Shown: positions 1 to 12,677, counted from the whole stretch's first letter. The stretch is 63,277 nt of DNA, filler included, from Sphacelaria rigidula (GCA_964200075.2; 10 parts of 10 records of this genome joined end to end with filler, not necessarily neighbours in it); one strand, 5' to 3'. Program-made: numbers and translations. The notes: generated by a model from the letters alone, not told the origin.

Positions 1-66
1 TCGAACCCCACAACTCAACCATCAGAAGGTTACGAGGTTACCAACTGAGCCACTGGGGCGACCGGC
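1..66 (-). mobile_element. tRNA-derived SINE head, truncated by the contig start
   Basis: Minus strand reads gccggtcgccccagTGGCTCAGTTGGtaacc...ggGTTCGA (Pol III A and B boxes). A similar head is at about 20114-20177. Confidence 0.7.
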
Positions 67-142
67 TTTTACGTATGCAAGTCTTTATTGTGTCAAGAAT
101 TCTCACATTTGACTGAAAAATCATCTAGGGGAGTACGAGTAT

Positions 143-455
143 GGAAATGACAAAATGAGCGGTACGCAGGCGTATGGTGGCAGGTTGTGTTCCTCACCAA
201 CCGCACATCGATGCTGAACAAATATATCTGTAAGCAGGTGCTCCAAAAAGCTCCCCCGACGTCCCTCTGTATCTGTTACGCAGGCGTATGGTGGCAAGTT
301 GTGTTCCTCATCCACCGCATATATATCGATGCTGAACGAATATATTCTGTAAGCAGGTGCTAAAAAAAGCTCCCCCAACGCCCCTCTGTATCTGTGGTGA
401 GGAACACAATCTGCCACCATACGCCTGCGTACCGCTCATTTTGTCATTTTTTCCC
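143..455. mobile_element. Fold-back/MITE-like element with an internal tandem duplication
   Basis: About 55-bp inverted termini (aaatgacaaaatgagcggtacgcaggcgtatggtggcag...cctcacca / tggtgagg...ctgccaccatacgcctgcgtaccgctcattttgtcattt). An internal block of about 115 bp occurs twice. Confidence 0.75.
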
Positions 456-1301
456 AACTTCGCCAGCCCTTGCAAGACACCATCACTACCAACAGAATAC
501 AGAGTCAACTCTATCTTTGCCTACCGGTGAGTCAGACACACACTGATAATGATATGATTAATAGCATTGTGTTGTTGTTCCTGTCCACGTCCATCTGTGG
601 CCCGCTAGCACGAGCGAGAAGTGTACAACTGTCGTACAGATAGCGACAGATGTTAAGAAACTCTCATTTGGAGCGAGGCTCGGGTTCTTATTTCTTTTTC
701 CCTCTCCGATTGCTGCAGAAATTCTTAACCCCCTTGGAACCGTTGATGGGATGATTACGATTTACAGTTGACGGTTACTTGGGCAAGATATGGTCGTTTC
801 TCGGCAACTATTATTGATGATGCAGCCCACCAAAACGGTGTACGACTCTTAGTTCAAGCATACTAATGTGACGGGTGCGTGCACCGAACTCGAAGTGAAG
901 TATTCCCGGTAACGAAAGCTCGCACATGAGAGTTCGTATTGCTTTTCGGGAGTTCCAAAAGGGTTAAATCCAAATTCTTATCGTTCAAAGAGGTGCGAAA
1001 CGCCAAATAAATGCTTAATTTTGAAATTATTAATTTTGCACAGGCATCCAATACGGCATTTAAATTTTATTGGTTTTCCCTGACTGAGCGCTTGTCAAGA
1101 ATCATGTTTGGCGCATTGCATCCATCACGCAATACCGTGTTTCACCAGATTTTCATTTTATTATGACGAAGCTCACTAGGACTGCAGGGGTGAAAGTTCA
1201 TGTTGCCCACCTCCGACGACTACAAAACTGCTGTAGCACTGTTGTACTACTACTGTAGCCAGAAGAGCCACTGAATCGACATGGTCTATATATATTACGC
1301 G

Positions 1302-1609
1302 CGTTGGGCGTTAATACTCCCCCCCTGCTACTGACTGCCGGTTTTTTCGGGCCTGTTTCTGGATCTCCACGCTGCTGGCTGTTCTGCCCGCCCCTTCCGA
1401 CCGTAGCCCCCCTCTGCTGCTTGTTGGTAGGCTCTAGTAAGACCCACCAACCCACCGGCGCGCTTGCCTCCGTGCTGTATGCAGCTAACGGTAGCTTCAT
1501 GCTACGCACGCTCTGATCTTCTTCAAGACGCACACGATAGTCGTATAATTCTTTGGTGCGCTCCTGACTCTTGCGAGTGATCAGGCCACCAAACCACCCC
1601 ATGCTCAAT
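1302..1609. mobile_element. Possible degenerate solo LTR
   Basis: About 300-bp block bounded by cgttggg...gctcaata, resembling degenerate TGTTG...CAACA ends. No TSD seen. Confidence 0.25.
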
Positions 1610-2068
1610 AAAAAATCGGAGCAAAATACAGAACAACGGTAGTACTGTACAAGTTTCGTACAGATTGTTAGTATCCATGGGGTGTCCCAGCGAATTGTCA
1701 TTATCCTTGGGGTGTCCCAGTGGAAATCAATATATTGCTTGCCGGTTTAAGAGAGGAGACAGCTTGCTTGGTGGCCTGACGTAGCCATGGTGGTGGTGGT
1801 GGAGGCAGTTACTTTTTTTTTCTGAGGTGCAGTGCATTTTTGCAGATTCTTACCCGTCGACCCTCTTCCAACTCCCCAGTTTCTGATTCTTATTTCCTCC
1901 TTTGGGTTCAGCACAAATGCTTACCCGTAATTTCTTAATTGAAAAAAAAACGAGGCTGAGATTCTTAACTACGAAACTCTCAATATCTGACGCTATCTGT
2001 ACAACTGTACTGAATGTGTTAGATAGGCTTCAGCTCCGTGTGCGCGTTTTTTTTCAAATGCTCATTCT

Positions 2069-2306
2069 GGGTGTCCGAACGGACGCCGGAATGGTTCCGA
2101 AAAAACTGGTATTTCACATAGGAACCCAAAATTTCGGTGTTCGGAATACCAATTTCTATGGCGTGTAGCAGTCGTCAATAGCTTTCAGTAGGTGAAGAAA
2201 TGGAACCATATTTCGAAGATTTGGTGCGGATACTACGAAAATTTTAATTCTCCGGGTTTCTCATCCCCAATAAATGATTCATCCCCAATTTGTAAGGTCC
2301 AGTGTT
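2069..2306. mobile_element. Right half of the AACACGGG long-TIR MITE family
   Basis: Aligns with the right half of 3414-3856 (gggtgtccgaacggacgcc...catccccaatttgtaag..cc.gtgtt). Confidence 0.75.
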
Positions 2307-2430
2307 AATTAGAGAAAAAGGCGAAGCTATTGTAATGCAGAAATAATTGGCTTGCGTTTCGAAGCGTTTGCACCGGGAAGTGCACAGCTGCCGCTCCACA
2401 TTATAAATACTCCTCTTCTCAGCCCCCACA

Positions 2431-2544
2431 TCAACACGAGAACACTAACTACTACAAAACACGAGAACTTGGCTGTTTATACCGCGTCAGGGGTGACCCG
2501 CTGAAAAGGCATCGCTGCCGGTCGAAGGCCGGCACGGGACCTTG
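2431..2544 (+). mobile_element. Candidate miniature non-autonomous Helitron
   Basis: A|TC start, GC-rich hairpin gccggtcgaaggccggc at 2517-2533, CTTG|T end (one mismatch to CTRR), no TSD. Confidence 0.45.
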
Positions 2545-3184
2545 TAAAAAAGTTAAAAACAAAAAAGAAGGAAGGACTAGTTTTCATTTGTTCACGATAA
2601 TGATTAGGTCAGCACCTGGGACTGGGTAGTCTCATGACCCCCGAAACCCGGTCAGCCCGTAAGTCATTTAATGGTGAGCGCAGATGTGATCTTCTCTCGG
2701 AATGTGGAGGGGATGCCCAGTATCTCCCGATCCTCCAACTTTGGGATCAAACGTTGACTAGGGTGAGGGGTGAAACGCGAAAACGCTTTCGAATGTCCCC
2801 GACCACGAAAAACACGAAAACCTCCTTCTTCAGATGAAAACTACTGTACCTTTGTTGACGTCATTGATTGAGGAATGCATTCCATGTTTTTTCTTGTGGT
2901 GGGGGGCTCTAGTCCTGCGTCAGGCGCTGCTGCTGTTGCACGTTTGCTGCCCCGCACCCCGCCACCCTGTGCTGTAGAAGGGGTGATACTTAAATGTCTA
3001 ATATTCGGTATTCTCATTTGATTTTTCATCTTTTCCTCCAGGGACGCGACGTTTATGTGCACCATTTATCCACCGTCCCCCCTGTCCGAAACTTGAATCA
3101 CCTTTTTCACTTTTTTGCACGCTGCTCGCAATATCCAGTATCTTGAAGTCCCAGCAAGACGACTCATTTTGTACTTCTTGGTAT

Positions 3185-4053
3185 GTATCCGCGGATATCC
3201 ATACAATTTTCACGGATAACGGTTTCATTTATTTGACGGATCATTGCCACCGCGGACCTTGGCGACATGTCACGGTTTTTGTCCAATTTGTTCCACGGAG
3301 GGGGAAATCCGTTCCCTTTAGAAATTCGTGCAACGGACATCCGCTCCGTAATAATCCTTGCTCTTGTAGCGGGCGGATATCCGCTCCGTGACAATCCGTG
3401 ATTCTTCCCTCTAAACACGGGATCTTATAAATTGGGGATGGGTCTTTTATTAGGGATGATAAACCCGGAGAATTGATATCTTCGTATCCTCACCGAATCT
3501 TCGAAATATGATTCCATTTCTACACCTACTGATAGCTATTAACATCTGCTACACCGCACATTAATTTGGATTTCGATCAACGAAATGTTGGGGTCCTAGG
3601 TGTAAAACCAATGTTGGGGAATCCCGGGTGTCCGAACGGACGCCAAAGTGGTTCCGATCTTTTTCTTCACCTAGGACCCCAACATTTCGATGATCTAAAC
3701 CCAAATTTACATGGCGTGTAGCAGTTGTCAATAGCTATCAGTAGGTGAAGAAATAGAACCATATTTCGAAAAATTGGTGTGGATACGAAGTTTTTAATCC
3801 TCCGGGTTTCTCATCCCCCAAAAAATATCCATCCCCAATTTGTAAGATCCCGTGTTTCTACCAGAAATCCGCTCCGCTCCGTGACATAACCATGGCTGGA
3901 TATCCGCTTCGCAAAGAATCCGTGACATTTTCAATCGCGGGTATCCCCTCCGTCATAATCCATATTTGTTTCGCACATTCGGATATCCACTCCGCTCCGT
4001 GAGGTTGAAACAAATCCGACCGCGGAGCGGATTGTCCTCCGTACACATCCCTG
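3185..4053. mobile_element. hAT-like terminal fragment with ATCCGC/ATCCGT subterminal repeats, interrupted by a MITE
   Basis: Many atccgctccg/atccgtga motifs. Ends in catccctg, the reverse complement of the Ac-like CAGGGATG. The left end was not identified. Confidence 0.5.
3414..3856. mobile_element. Long-TIR MITE (AACACGGG...CCCGTGTT) with 4-bp TSD
   Basis: About 190-bp inverted arms, flanked by TCTA at 3410-3413 and 3857-3860. Confidence 0.85.
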
Positions 4054-4476
4054 ATGACAAATAAACTGTGGTTTCAGCGACAAAAAATTCCTTCGGGTGT
4101 AAGTCCACGAGGCTTGACCACGTGACTTCAGTTTTCACAAATTTCGGAGATATCCGGAAACCCAGCGTTAATTGCAACACCTATTATAGTCTTTCGTGCC
4201 CAAACGTGTGCCCACAAAGGCCAGCGGTTTAGCAGAAGAGGTGATGCGAGGAACAACTGCAGGGTTATTTGTTCGTTTACCCACAACCCCATCTTTGGAA
4301 ACTTTATTCAGCAACTGCCTTCGTGCATGCCGTGCGCCTATTCACCACGATAATGTTCAACTCTCCCTTGCTCCACCCTTCCTCCTCTTCTTTGTGTCCT
4401 CCATACCTACAACATCTGTATCCGTCTTCTTTTTCGTCGTTTGTCCACGACCACCTGGTAATACTACTCTAGATTA

Positions 4477-4905
4477 ATGGCTTTCAGGTCATTGCGGTGG
4501 GTGATCCTCGCTGCTCTCATCCGCCCTTGCTCGAGCAGCACCTCCAGCATCGATTCTGCGACAAGCGGGGCGGTCGCGAAACCTGAGTGCGATGACAGTG
4601 TGGGAGTTAGCTTCAAGTACGACAATGACATTGTAGGAGTGATAAACACCACGGGGAGCTTTAGATACAACGTGGTAGTGGCTGACACCACAGGGCCCTT
4701 CTACGTCCAAGCTGAGGATTTGGGGGACCGTGGGGGATGTGTCACCGTCGGCCAAATCTGGGATGCTCTCGGTGGGGTAACCGAAGAACGCACATATGCG
4801 CCCCTCTATCCCGTGGACCCGGATTCAGGTGTCACTACTAGCGAAATCACAGGCACCTGGCTGCTAGAGGGGGATTTGTACGTCCAGGATGGCATCACGC
4901 TTCAG
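4477..4905 (+). CDS. First coding exon of a mannuronan C-5-epimerase (brown algal alginate epimerase family)
   Basis: ATG and hydrophobic signal peptide. Motifs RGGCVT.GQIW, APLYPVDPDSG and TGTWLL..DLYVQDGITLQ are recognised as the start of the brown algal ManC5-E catalytic region. Ends in phase 0 at CAG|gtttga. Confidence 0.85.
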
Positions 4906-6239
4906 GTTTGACGGGGCGATTAATCTTATCAAAGGTAACCTTGATGTCAACCACTCATTTCAAATGAAAGAGGGTACCCTCGGAAATGCGATTCAACATC
5001 GCGGTGAGTTTGGTAATCTTTTTCGCATATCCCCACTTTCGTGTAGACGGTTCGAGCAAAGACAACACTTTCGGCAAGTTATCATGTGTTGAAAGCCTAG
5101 CAGGCGTGGCTGAGTATGTGGGGTAACGATGGGTGGAATGGAACGTAAATATGTTTTTTTGAGAGCCTCAGAATGGCTGTAAAACGCTGAGAGAATGCGC
5201 TTTCATCGGCTCCCCGAGGACGCGAAGAAATAAAATGCTACACTTTCTCAAGTCCCTAGAGAAAATAGTGAAACGTAGACTAGTTCCGATGAGTCAAACA
5301 CCCCGTTTTCACCTTCCGATGGAATGTTTTCGGCAACGGAATTTCTAAAGGTTGTGCTCTGTAGGGTACACCCGAAAGAGGGGGATTCCGGTTGGCATAC
5401 GTACCGAAAAGTGCATCGAACTTTCCAGTATGGCTCGCAGGGTATCTAGCATTATTCCGAACACTTCGGCACGGTTTAGCACTTACCAATGAAATACCTC
5501 TAAATCGCTCATGTAAATACCCGCATTTCAGCCGCTATACCCCACAGAACACCACCTTGGGAATTTCGATTTGGAAACACGAAAGGTGCACTTTAGTTCT
5601 CTGAAGCATGATTCCCCACATGGCATTTCCGGAGATGTTGAAAAAAATGTAGCATCGTAACTCTTCGTGCCCTTGGGAACCCGATAAAAGCGCTTTTTTC
5701 TCAGCCTTTCGCAGCCGTATTGAGGCTTTCAGCAAATATCCATCTTTGGTTCCACCCATCGTTGCTCCACATACCCAGCCACACCTGCGTAGCTTTTAGC
5801 ACAAATAAACCAGCCGAAATAGATGGTTTCGTTGTTCAAACTATTTACGAAATGCGGAATTCGACAAGTAGGTCCGACCTCACCACGATGTTGAACCCCA
5901 TTCACGAGGAGGATCTCTTAAGATATTGTGTCGATGAGTATACGCCCACAGCAGTTGGACTGAATGGACGTACAACAATGTTTCCGTGAAATCGAGATTG
6001 AAGAGTGGATCCTGGAAAATGGGGTCGATCTCTAAAATGAGGTTCAAGTGGCATATATTTTTTGCAGGGATGACGCGGCACAGTTACACAGAGCGAAACC
6101 ATATTTTCCCCAAAACTCTGCAAGAGTTAAGCGGTTGTGGCTGGGTGCACCCAACAAATGCGGGGTACACGCGTGTCGATGATGATATCACCAGAGAGAG
6201 AAGCGACAACAGAGAGGAAGCTCCTCGCCCGTGTCCTTT

Positions 6240-6339
6240 NNNNNNNNNNNNNNNNNNNNNNNNNNNNNNNNNNNNNNNNNNNNTTAATTAATTAANNNNN
6301 NNNNNNNNNNNNNNNNNNNNNNNNNNNNNNNNNNNNNNN
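6240..6339. other. Artificial 100-bp contig spacer (N-TTAATTAATTAA-N); also at 12578, 18916, 25254, 31592, 37930, 44267, 50604 and 56941
   Basis: Identical spacer with stops in all frames. Intervening segments are 6239, 6238 (x5) and 6237 (x4) bp. Confidence 0.98.
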
Positions 6340-6352
6340 AGAAAAAAGTTTG

Positions 6353-6383
<31 letters not shown>

Positions 6384-6391
6384 GTTTGGGT

Positions 6392-6420
<29 letters not shown>

Positions 6421-6425
<5 letters not shown>

Positions 6426-6636
6426 ACTCTTTTGTTGCTTGCCTTAGTCGTTTGACCATTGACCACGCATCCCTTTCGAGACGGAGCACTTTGATCACGT
6501 TGAGAGTGGGGGAGGGGAGGGTAGGGGGTCTATACATATCAGCTTCTCGGAGTAGCTCTGCCATAACGTCGTCACCCCCCTCCCCAACGAGACTGTTATC
6601 TGGAACCTCGTCTGATCCATTACTCTCGGACCCGCC
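6421..6636 (-). mobile_element. Dispersed repeat ending at a poly-G/C tract (subfamily A; second copy at about 19656-19725)
   Basis: gggtactc.tttgttgcttgccttagtcgtttgacca.tgaccacgcatccctttcga.acggagca is shared with 19656-19725. Confidence 0.7.
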
Positions 6637-7645
6637 TATTGTATCTCAAAATCCTGTCGGGGTGGGAAGGGCGAATGCACGCAAAATATCCAATATCGCA
6701 TGAGAGAGTACTCTCTTTACACATGCTGTCACCACTCCCTTGTACCACTGTAGTGCTGGCTCTTGCCGCGTGCAATGCACCTTTCTTGCAAAACTGTGGT
6801 GTTATGGATGGGGCTACGTTTATCTTGTTTAGGGTACCGAAAGTAGATGCCCCCGAAGCCCCGATCCCACCCGCCCTCACCAACCCAGCGGAGAGGGAGA
6901 GAGAATCGGGGGATCACCCAGTCTCAACATCACCGTGTACGCAGAGAGCACGACGACAGCTCACCCACCACCAACCGACCGACTTTCACGGAAAACTTAG
7001 TCCCCGAAGCACAGAAACATACCCAAAACACACACACACATGACAGTCCCGAAACATGACAACACCGAGTCATCAGACGCACGCTAACACACAAAAATCC
7101 GGGTAACGTTCCGTTCTGACTGATCATTCATCTGTCTGTTTCGTCCGACTACATGTCTGTCTGTCGGTCAGTCGGTCTGTCCCCACACCCGCCCAAGAAG
7201 AAAACAGATCTACAAAGCCAATATGCCGCACGAGCTTTTGCGAGGAGGACACCTTCGCGCTTTTTTGCAGAGCTCAAGCTTCGAGACGGTCTCGATTTGC
7301 TCACAGCCCGACACACAGGAAGGAGAAAAACATGCGTGCGAGAGCACGTTCCTGACTTTTCCTAGGACTCCGTAATTCTGGTCCCCTAGGACAACATCCA
7401 CGACAGGTCATTCGCCATAAACAGCTTGATAGCTTTCTGGTTTCCAACGAGAGGCTCACTTTTTGGACAAGTACCAAGCTGTGTGTGCTCCGCACCGTTG
7501 TTACACATCCACAGATCCAGACGCTACACACCGACACAGCGCCCACGGTAGCTACGCAGTCAACCTTTCGTGGGAGCATGGTGTTTCTACCTGTAGACAA
7601 TTCTAGACATGTCTAAGTCATTCTCAACTAACAAACGAAACGCAC

Positions 7646-7846
7646 CTCCCCGTGCACGTGGTAAATATTCATACGGCACCCGCTGCTTCCGGCGTCCACG
7701 ACCACAGCCGTATCAAACTGCTGCTTGCCACCGCGTCGTACATCGGCGCCCGAAGCTGGCGGTGGCAGTACGACTGTTGCCGTTGCGCCGACGCCGACGG
7801 CTGTTGCCAAAACAGCAACAGCGGCTGCTCCTGCCCGAAGCGACAT
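7646..7846 (-). CDS. First coding exon of a GDA1/CD39 (apyrase/NTPDase) family protein
   Basis: Signal peptide MSLRAGAAAVAVLATAVG followed by the ACR1 motif AVVVDAGSSGCRMNIY. Ends in phase 0 at GAG|gtgcgt. An alternative in-frame ATG lies at 7933. Confidence 0.8.
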
Positions 7847-9604
7847 GCTGCGACTAGAGGTCAACTGTTTCGGATGGCGAGGGGTGGAGGAGTGGGGGGG
7901 GGCGGGGGTTCGGTGACTACTTAGATGCTGCATGGCTTGGTGTGTGAAAGTGGCGTTTGGCGTGACGCCTGCAGACCTTCTAGTACAAGCCCATTACAGA
8001 CAGCAGAATAGAGAAGTGTAAACTTTACATGCATTGGGAAACAAGATGAACTGACTTCACCAACAACCCGCGCATGGTAGCCTTGATCTCGCCAAAAAAA
8101 CTTGGGTCTGGACTCTCACCCACACCACACCTATCCTCTTCGGATGGTGGTGGGGGTGTAGTCATCCCCGCCGGGGGGGTTGTGGAAAGGAGGCAACAAG
8201 ACGAAGATAGATATAGTGATTACTAGAGGTGAACCCATGAAAAAAGGAGTTAAGGGTCAATCGGGGTTCAACGTGCAACTTATATGAAGCGCGCCTCGTC
8301 ATCAAGAATTATGGCCACAGTATGGCCACAGTAATATAGTACCTACGAGTATAAACATGATGTTGGACTGTTACAGTACTGCAGCTGTGGATGTTATCCT
8401 GCCACGTGCACGGCACTGTATGAAGATTGAAATCAATTCTAAAAGGCACTGCTACAGGATTTACTGCCCTGTACAAGGTACGACTACCTATAACTGGGGT
8501 AAAACGTAATTTGAGTGCCTCCGTCATACAGATGCTGAAGTATCACTTTGGTTTGGTACAGTGAAGGCCCTATCGCAATGCGGTCAACATAATTGGCCAA
8601 CAGTCCGATCCGCTTTTCTAATATCAAGTAATTGCACCATATGAGTGCAGTCCGGGGTCCCGGTATAGTGCGGTCATGTCGGGGTTGCAACCCACCGCAT
8701 CATACAGGGACCTCTACTGGGTTACCTTACGCAAGAACTAGATGCGACCTTGAAGTGAGTCGCGTTCTCAACGCCATTCTTTACTGAAAAATCAAGGAGC
8801 TTTCACTATTTAGTTTGTACATGCAAGTACTGCGCGTATTTGTTCATGTTCATGGCAGATCAAGTTTGTTTTGACTTTGTCCATCCCGGTGTGCACACAT
8901 GGTAGTGTACAACAGTGACTTGCCATGTTCAACGATGCACAACGTACAATATTAGTATCATTTGTGCCGAAGCAAATTCAAGCACTTCGTCTCCCCGGTA
9001 CATGCACAGGTCATGGAAGCTCTAGATTGCACTGCACAGTTGCAGTAAAATTCAAATTTGGTGCCATGTGGTATCATGAATGTAGTGCAAAGGAGCACGC
9101 CTGACGGGCTCTTATTCTACGCTACTACTGGAAGGACGCTCATGAGGCCTTGATCAGCCCGTGTCAATATCAGCGACAACGAAACAAAACAGGACAACAG
9201 AGCTTTGGCCTGAATATCGACATATACCGATATATCATAAGGTGCCCGGTCATCCTCCAGCCTCCACTGCGGCATCTCCAATCTACAATGAGGAGCCACG
9301 TGCTGGTTCTCAGTATTTGCCAAAAATCTATTTGGAGACGGAAAGGTGAAAGGTGCAACGACGGTATAGAAAAATTGAAAATATCAAACAGTACGACGAG
9401 CGCTTCTTCCTCACGTCTGGTTGACTTCAGAGTAATCGACCGTTGGCGAACTCCCGGAACCAGGCAATCAGAAACGTGGGTTGGGTTGCTCTCAGTGCGG
9501 CGGAATAAGCCAAAAGGAAACGGCTGAGATTGGATTTTCGCGTGTAGTCAGTTTTGTGCCGCGTGGTGCCGCATAAGCTGTGGTTCCCGAGCTCAATACT
9601 CAGT

Positions 9605-9863
9605 CATTTTCGATGAAATTTTGACATGTACAGGAAGTATGTGCCAACACCCCTTCGTTCCTGCCGTGTGTTTTTTTTTCGTTTTTTTCGTGAGTTATTG
9701 GCGACGGCACATTTTAGAACATTTTTTCGGAACAAAATCGCCAGTAACTCACGCGGAAAAACAAAACAAACGTCGGAGAGAAGGTTCGGTATTCGCACAT
9801 ACGTTCTGTGCATCGTGTCAATTTTTCATCCAAACGATTCAAAGTTGAGCGCAGGAAATGCGT
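9605..9863. mobile_element. Fold-back MITE, left-truncated copy
   Basis: Homologous to the adjacent 9924-10213 copy; ends ttgagcgcaggaaatgcgt. Confidence 0.7.
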
Positions 9864-9923
9864 TTGAAATATTCGTAACTGGTCCACCTCCATATACTGT
9901 AGTGACCGCTTCTCGACGAAATG

Positions 9924-10213
9924 ACGCATTTCCTGCGCTCAATTTTGGATCGTTTTCGATGTAATTTTGACACAATGTACTGGACGTATGTGCGAACACC
10001 CCACTTTCCATCCCCTGTTTTTATATCTTTTACCCGTGAGTTTTTGGCAAAGGAACATTTCAGAACAGTTTTCCCGGAACAAAATTGCCAATAACTCACG
10101 AAGAAAACAAAAACAAAAACAGGGGATGGATGGTGGGGTGTTCGCACATACGTCCTGTACATCGCGTCAAAATTTCATCGAAAACGATCCAAAATTGAGC
10201 GCAGGAAATGCGT
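9924..10213. mobile_element. Fold-back MITE, complete copy
   Basis: TIR acgcatttcctgcgctcaattttggatcgttttcgatg matched by its reverse complement at the right end; arms exceed 100 bp. Confidence 0.85.
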
Positions 10214-12494
10214 TTCAACATTCTTGGTGGCTTCTTGGGCGGCCCAGCCTGTAGATGCCGTAGTTTGAAAAGCATGGTGCGGTGTGGCTTCAAAAACAGA
10301 GAAATATCAAACGTTTAGTATAATAGTGGTCTGTCAACTCGCCAACGGCACAGAACATGCCCTTCATCATTTCAAAATTTCCGCACCTCTGTCTCGGTAA
10401 GAAGCGGACGCGATCAATAGTTGCAGGGGTGATTCTAATACTGAATATTCCTGGTGCATATAATCGACATCCTGGAGACAAAAACGGGTTGATCTCTCGA
10501 GACTTGAGACCACGGACTCATCCCGACGAAGGAAAGCGATCAAAAGTGTTACGATTTTCTTCATCAACACCGGGGCTAACAGGCTCAGGATAACGGTGCG
10601 GGTTGACGGGCCCGGGATTATTCGTGAGCGGGCCGGGTCATACGTATGTCATTGTTACTTCATCAATGAATGCTGCCGTGATGGTGGTGGCGACAGTCAT
10701 TTCGGAATAATTTTCGACATTTTCCTCAAGTACTGTAGTCGGTACACACCATGATGGTCCTGTACACAAAGGACTTGACAGGGGTTTCAACTTTCACCTT
10801 CTACCTGAAGAGCTTCGTCTGAACTACATCTACAGACCACAGGTAACACAGCAATCTGCTGGCGTAGCCATCGCTTACCACAAGCAAATGACATGACACC
10901 CCAATAGTGTATATCCGAGCCGCGGGTACCTGCTAGTCGGAACATGGAATCAGCCCCATTGTGGAACCTTACACGGATCCGTCATACCCTGTCACCGAAC
11001 ACATATCATGCATGTCAGCGCAGACATGCGGGGCGAGACAATCAAAATAAGCAGGCCACAACATTTATTTATGGACGTGTACAACAGTACCGTCTATACA
11101 GAAATTGAGAACTCTTCCGACGTTCAAGGATGGGTCGGCATCCATGCCTTGATGGAGCACACCTACAGGCAACCTATGATAACGATACACGATCAACAGT
11201 CGTCGAGGAAAGAGCAAAACACACGATGTCACACAGTACGATGAAGTATAGCAACATGATCTCACAAAATCACAGCGCACGGTCAAAAGACTCTGGCGCG
11301 CAGAGCCGACCTTTGAATCCTTCATTCGGAGGCATGCAGCAGCCTGTACGGCCGACCATACGGTGAATAACACCCCTCGCATATGCACTTGCCGAATACA
11401 CGTTCAGGTTTTCTCAACGAGAAATGTCCTCCCGAACTACCGACAGAGCTGCTTTAGACATATTCTGATCTCGACAAGATCTTTCGAACGACGCAAGTTC
11501 TGATGTCGTTCGTATCACCATCTTTGAAAAAATGGAGGTCGATATAATCATCCCGGGAGGGTGCGAAATGCCGTCGCCTGCAAGTAAAACGCAGTCAAAA
11601 GTACACCTACACAGTGGTCAGTATAGCGCTCAAGCAGGGTCAACATGATGTCTGAGAGTGCTACAAGATTATGAGAGAGCGGGCGCGATACCTCGGCACC
11701 GTGACCTGGGAATTTTCTCTCTAACCACCCGCACACCCGGGTTGAGGAAACAATATCGGCCGCGAGATACAAAGTTAGTCATTGCCAAGGACACGCTAGA
11801 AGAAAGACACTGTACCTTGCTGTCATGTTCGTCGTCATTGCTGTTGCTGCTGTTGCCCGTGGTGGTCGCTCGTTGACCATGCTGGTGATGACGCCACATG
11901 ACAACCGTATCACCCAGGTGCCGTGAAAGCTGACAGAATTCTCGTGCTTCGAAACACAGACGGGACTTGCAGATGCTGTATCCGAGTAGATGCTTCAAGA
12001 ATACGGTCTCTACTTCTAATATTATCAGAGAAGATAGTAGAGAACACGTGAAGGCAGGATGATGCCTCCTGACAGAGAGGATCGCCGCTGGCCTTCAAGT
12101 TCGGGAACACACCGTGGCCTGTTAGTACAACAGTACAAGACACCAACCACCGGGTTATACTTAGAATTTTGTTTTTATTTTCACACTTGATCCAAGTCGC
12201 ATAAATCCCGTTGGCCGTAGCGAACAACATCATAAACTTGAATTACTATGCGCCCGAACTGTTCATATCGGTAATTTGTTCGCAATTGGCGATTTTGTTA
12301 GATTATTTCACTTGCCACCGCCCATCAAATCGAGGATCTGACGATATACTTGTATTAGCTCCACAGTCCAAGAAAGAAAAAAAAATGTACTCAGGCCGCT
12401 TCTTATAGACTGAAAAAAGTCTCTGAGAAAAGTCATTTCGAACGACTTTTCTCAGGGACTTTCTCCAGAGAAATCAGTTTTCAGAACCCCACCC

Positions 12495-12520
12495 TTGTTG
12501 TTGTTGTTGTTGTTGTTGTT

Positions 12521-12562
<42 letters not shown>

Positions 12563-12576
12563 GATGATGATGATGT
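12495..12576. repeat. (TTG)n/(TGA)n microsatellite
   Basis: Direct observation at the contig end. Confidence 0.95.
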
Positions 12577-12677
12577 CNNNNNNNNNNNNNNNNNNNNNNN
12601 NNNNNNNNNNNNNNNNNNNNNTTAATTAATTAANNNNNNNNNNNNNNNNNNNNNNNNNNNNNNNNNNNNNNNNNNNN

